From a candidate division TA06 bacterium SM23_40 (GTDB lineage: Bacteria > LJUI01 > SM1-40), in assembly GCA_001303705.1 (NCBI GenBank), contig LJUI01000006.1, positions 1 to 41,736 of the forward strand: a DNA stretch of 41,736 nucleotides, read 5' to 3'. A program made the translations under genes and the position numbers. The stretch's first letter is position 1; every line of letters starts with the position of its first letter. Below are positions 38,032 to 41,736 of the stretch, one piece after another. The notes beneath the pieces are model-generated. The model saw only the letters and a program-made list of their open reading frames with translations, searched no databases and was not told where the DNA came from.

Positions 38032-40095
38032 ATGTCACCGACGCGGGAGATCTACTGGAATATCCCCGGCCATCTGCTGCTGTACCCGCTCTTCGCCATC
38101 TCTCTTGCCATCTTCGCCTATGGAGTCTGGAGAAGAGTGCGCCTGTGGATGCTCGGCGCACGGCACCTCAGCGCCGCTTCCCCCGGCGTCATCCATGAGA
38201 TCTATCCAACCACCCCGGGCCGGCGCATAGCTCGCGTAGTCTCTCTCGGACTGGGACACGCACGATTTTTCCGGACGCCATTTCCCGGTATCGCTCACTT
38301 CCTGCTGTTCTGGGGATTTGCTGTTCTCCTTGTCGGCACGATAATCGTCTTTCTCGAGGCCGACCTCCCGGGCCGCTTCTACTTCGGTCCGTTCTATTTG
38401 GCTGTCTCATTCGCCCTCGAGCTCGGAGGGATCGCCTTCCTTCTCGGAATTCTGCTCCTAGGGTTGAGACGCTACATCCAACGCCCCGAGCAGCTGGACG
38501 AGCGATTCGACGACAAGATCGCACTCGCCCTTCTTCTCTTCCTGGCCGTAAGCGGCTTCCTCATCGAAGGACTCCGCCTCTATGTTCTACAGCCACCGTG
38601 GGAGAGTTGGTCGTTCGTAGGAGCCGGCATCGCCAGGCTCGCCGGTGCGGCCTCGTTGAGCGATGGCGCAACTACCAGGCTGCACCAGCTCTTCTGGTGG
38701 CTGCACCTTCTGGCCACATTCGGATTCATTGCTTATATTCCGTATTCGAGGCTCCTCCACATCCTCACATCGCCGATCAACATCGCCGTCGCGTCCTCCG
38801 ATCCCCGGGGAACACTCAGGCCCATGGATCTCGAGGCATCGGAGATCTATGGCACCTCGCAGATCGACGAATTCGCGCCGAAGCAGCTTCTCGAGCTCGA
38901 CGCCTGCACCCGGTGTGGCCGGTGTCAGGCTGTCTGCCCCGCCCATCTCAGCGACAAGCCGCTCTCTCCCAAGAAAGTTCTTCAAGATTTGAGACACCAC
39001 CTCTCCGTGTACGGACCGACCATCCTGAGGGCGTCGAGGGCGGGAGAGAAGAATCAGGAAGCCACAGCGGACCCGGAGCTGCCCCTTGTCACCGGCGGGA
39101 CGATCGAGGAGGACGTGCTCTGGGCGTGCACCACCTGCGCCGCCTGCGAGACTGAGTGCCCCGTCCTTATACGGGTGATCGACAAGATCGCCGACATGCG
39201 TCGATACCTCGTCCTCTCGGAGAGCAAGTTTCCGTCCGAGCTCCGCCTCTTCTTCAAGAACATGGAGACGAATTTCAATCCGTGGGGGATCGGGTGGGCG
39301 ACCCGTGCCGACTGGGCCCAGGGACTCGACATCCCCATCCTCTCTGAGGTTGGGTCGAGCAAGTTGCTGTACTGGGTCGGCTGCGCCGCCTCATTCGACG
39401 AACGGAATAAGAAGGTCGCCGTGGCGACCTCCAGGCTCCTCAAGGCTGCCGGCGTCGAATTCGCAATCCTCGGTGCCGAGGAGAAATGCTGTGGAGAGAC
39501 TGCTCGCCGCCTGGGTAACGAATACCTGTTTCAGATGATGGCGATGGAGAATGTCGAACTCTTCAAGCAGTATGGTGTAACACGGATCGTCACCACTTGC
39601 CCTCACTGCTACAATTCCTTCAGGCACGAGTATCGAGAACACGGGACCGGAATCGAGGTGATCCACCATACCGAGCTCCTCGCCACATTGATCGAGGATA
39701 GTCGGCTCCGCCTCCATGGCCCCGCCGCCTCGGGAACAGCGGTCTATCACGACTCATGCTATCTCGGCAGATATAACGACATATTCGAAGCACCGCGTTC
39801 CGTCCTCAGAGCTGCTCTTGACCCGGCGCCGCAGGAGCTGCCCCGTGCGATGGATCGATCCTTCTGCTGTGGCGCGGGCGGCGGCCGGATGTGGATGGAA
39901 GAGACGATCGGCCAGAGGATAAACGAGTTGCGCACGCGCGAGGCGCTCGAGGCGGGTGTGGCGACGATATGCACCGCCTGTCCCTACTGCCTCACCATGT
40001 TCGAAGACGGGTTGAAGGCGGAGAACGCTGACGAACGTGTTCGCGTTCGGGACATCGCGGAGCTGGCCGAGGAGGCGGGAGAGGTATCGGTCTGA
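38032..40095 (+). CDS. membrane Fe-S oxidoreductase, FadF / ETF:quinone oxidoreductase (EMO)-like
   Basis: N-terminal TM domain with His (AHFLLFWG, WWLH, LLHIL); CTRCGRCQAVCP and CTTCAACETECP; CCG domains (WVGC, EKCCG, TCPHC, YHDSC, FCCGAGGG, ACPYC). Confidence 0.88.
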   Translation: MSPTREIYWNIPGHLLLYPLFAISLAIFAYGVWRRVRLWMLGARHLSAASPGVIHEIYPTTPGRRIARVVSLGLGHARFFRTPFPGIAHFLLFWGFAVLLVGTIIVFLEADLPGRFYFGPFYLAVSFALELGGIAFLLGILLLGLRRYIQRPEQLDERFDDKIALALLLFLAVSGFLIEGLRLYVLQPPWESWSFVGAGIARLAGAASLSDGATTRLHQLFWWLHLLATFGFIAYIPYSRLLHILTSPINIAVASSDPRGTLRPMDLEASEIYGTSQIDEFAPKQLLELDACTRCGRCQAVCPAHLSDKPLSPKKVLQDLRHHLSVYGPTILRASRAGEKNQEATADPELPLVTGGTIEEDVLWACTTCAACETECPVLIRVIDKIADMRRYLVLSESKFPSELRLFFKNMETNFNPWGIGWATRADWAQGLDIPILSEVGSSKLLYWVGCAASFDERNKKVAVATSRLLKAAGVEFAILGAEEKCCGETARRLGNEYLFQMMAMENVELFKQYGVTRIVTTCPHCYNSFRHEYREHGTGIEVIHHTELLATLIEDSRLRLHGPAASGTAVYHDSCYLGRYNDIFEAPRSVLRAALDPAPQELPRAMDRSFCCGAGGGRMWMEETIGQRINELRTREALEAGVATICTACPYCLTMFEDGLKAENADERVRVRDIAELAEEAGEVSV

Positions 40096-40160
40096 CCAGC
40101 AAGCCTCAGGTTAGAGATGGCTGACCCCGGCTGCAGTCACCGGCGACACTCGGGTCAACA

Positions 40161-40201
40161 GAGAAAAGGGGGCAGTGAGAAGCCCTTGCTCACTGCCCCC
40201 T
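40161..40201 (-). terminator. intrinsic terminator for etfBA
   Basis: 13-bp stem AGGGGGCAGTGAG / CTCACTGCCCCCT followed by TTTCTC on minus strand. Confidence 0.75.
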
Positions 40202-40217
40202 GGTATGTACACGACCA

Positions 40218-41213
40218 CTACTCCCCCAGGATATGCCTCAGCTCCTGGGTGACTATCGGAACAGCCTCGAACAGATCGGCCACGATCCCGTAGTCCGCAA
40301 TCTTGAAGATGGGCGCCTCCGGATCCTTGTTGATCGCCACGATACATTTCGACGAAGACATTCCCACCAGGTGCTGTATCGCCCCGGAGATACCGCATGC
40401 AATATAGAGATTGGGAGATATCACCTTGCCGGTCTGGCCGACCTGATCGGCGTGATCTCTCCACCCCTCATCGACGGCGGATCGTGAAGCGCCGACGGCA
40501 GCACTGAGCAGATCGGCCAATTCCTCGAGGATTTTGAAATTCTCGGCACCCTTCATTCCCCTACCGCCCGAGACGACAACCTCCGCATCGGCGACATTGA
40601 TCCGCTCACCTACAGTCTCTATCATCTCAACGATGGCGGTGCGGGCAGGCTCGGGCGAGGGAACGAACTCCAGGGTCTCTGTCTCCGCAGTCCGTGCTGC
40701 ATCCGGTTCGCCGAGGGGAAAGATGTTGGGGCGCACAGTTGCCATCTGAATGCCCCCGTGCGGCCAGTCCACCTCGGCGATGACCTTCCCTCCGTACATG
40801 GGTCTGTATGCCTTGAGCGTCTGCCCATCACCCGTCACGTTCAGGTCGGTACAGTCTGTCGCCAGTCCTGCTCCGATGCGCGTTGCAACCCGAGGGGCAA
40901 GATCCTTCCCCAGCACTGTTGCGCCGAAGAGAACGATGGCCGGTTGCTGCCGGCGCAACGCCTCAGTCAGTGCCGACGCATAAGCATCAGTAGTGTAGTG
41001 TTCCAGAGCGTCGTGCTCGACAAGGAGAACGCGATCTGCACCGTACTGCGCCAGCGTACCTGCAGCATCGCGGATCCCCTTCCCGCAGACGATGGCTACA
41101 ACGTCCTTCCCTAACGTATCTGCAAATTCCCTGGCCTGACTGAGGAGTTCGAGCGATACTCTACGCGCCTCACCTTTCCTCATCTCGATGAATACAGCAA
41201 CACCATTCGGCAC
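40218..41213 (-). CDS. etfA: electron transfer flavoprotein alpha subunit
   Basis: [55 protein letters not shown] start after GAGG. Confidence 0.96.
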   Translation of the reverse strand: MPNGVAVFIEMRKGEARRVSLELLSQAREFADTLGKDVVAIVCGKGIRDAAGTLAQYGADRVLLVEHDALEHYTTDAYASALTEALRRQQPAIVLFGATVLGKDLAPRVATRIGAGLATDCTDLNVTGDGQTLKAYRPMYGGKVIAEVDWPHGGIQMATVRPNIFPLGEPDAARTAETETLEFVPSPEPARTAIVEMIETVGERINVADAEVVVSGGRGMKGAENFKILEELADLLSAAVGASRSAVDEGWRDHADQVGQTGKVISPNLYIACGISGAIQHLVGMSSSKCIVAINKDPEAPIFKIADYGIVADLFEAVPIVTQELRHILGE

Positions 41214-41234
41214 CGATGTCTTCCCTCCTGATCG

Positions 41235-41736
41235 CTATAGCACCTTAGCTTCTTCCCGCAGTATACGCACCAGTTCTTTGACCGCGTCAGCCACTTCACC
41301 CTCGATGATCTGTCCTGGCGGGCGCGTTGGGGGCGGAGAGAGTGAGACTATGCGGGTCTTGGAGCCGCCCGCTCCGACTGCATCCGGGGCGAGCCCAAGG
41401 GAGGCAGAGTCGCGCACTTCGATCTCGACCTTCTTGGCCGCCATCATTCCCCGGAGCGAGGGATACCGCGGCTCGTTGAGCCCCTTCTGTGCGGTGAAGA
41501 CGGCCGGTAATGATACCTCAAGAACCTCGGTTCCTTCATCTACCTCACGGTGTGCCTTCGCCTTCCGCGCGCCCGGATCGAGCTCCAGCTCAGTAATGAC
41601 AGTTGCCTGCGGGAGATCGAGGAGTTCCGCGAGCGCCGTGCCAACCTGGGCACAGTCATCATCAATCGCCTGTTTTCCACACAGGATCAGGTCGAACTCC
41701 ATCCCCTGGAGAGCACGCGCGAGAATAGCGGCACTC
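41235..41736 (-). CDS. etfB: electron transfer flavoprotein beta subunit (5' part outside window)
   Basis: DLILCGKQAIDDD.AQVG, LPAV.T....NEPRYPSL.G.M.AKK; frame open to window edge. Confidence 0.93.
   Translation of the reverse strand, partial: SAAILARALQGMEFDLILCGKQAIDDDCAQVGTALAELLDLPQATVITELELDPGARKAKAHREVDEGTEVLEVSLPAVFTAQKGLNEPRYPSLRGMMAAKKVEIEVRDSASLGLAPDAVGAGGSKTRIVSLSPPPTRPPGQIIEGEVADAVKELVRILREEAKVL

Overview
GC-rich bacterial chromosomal segment, probably from an anaerobe (inferred from gene content; taxonomy cannot be fixed from the sequence). It holds about 33 CDSs and many near-canonical sigma70 promoters; no rRNA, tRNA or CRISPR array was seen. In order: NCS2 purine permease; GldA/GldF/GldG-like ABC operon with a DUF4340-type gene; a GAF/PAS protein with no enzymatic output domain; eukaryotic-type citrate synthase; a glycosyltransferase/N-acetyl-sugar amidotransferase cluster (the amidotransferase probably has a premature TAA); a TPR-aspartyl protease lipoprotein; an IS1202/ISNCY-like end remnant; a rhomboid-TPR protease; a GAF-HD-GYP plus MBL hydrolase pair. 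The most notable locus is an apparent operon joining the archaeal-type HMG-CoA synthase/thiolase/DUF35 trio to methylcrotonyl-CoA carboxylase-like subunits and a methylglutaconyl-CoA hydratase-like gene, with no HMG-CoA lyase or reductase in the window. After it come rpe, dCMP deaminase, a histone-H1-like basic protein with a CCCH motif, FTCD, an ADP-forming acyl-CoA ligase, a secreted peptidylarginine/agmatine deiminase, a FadF/EMO-like membrane Fe-S oxidoreductase and etfAB. Family names are recalled from motifs, not from database searches.
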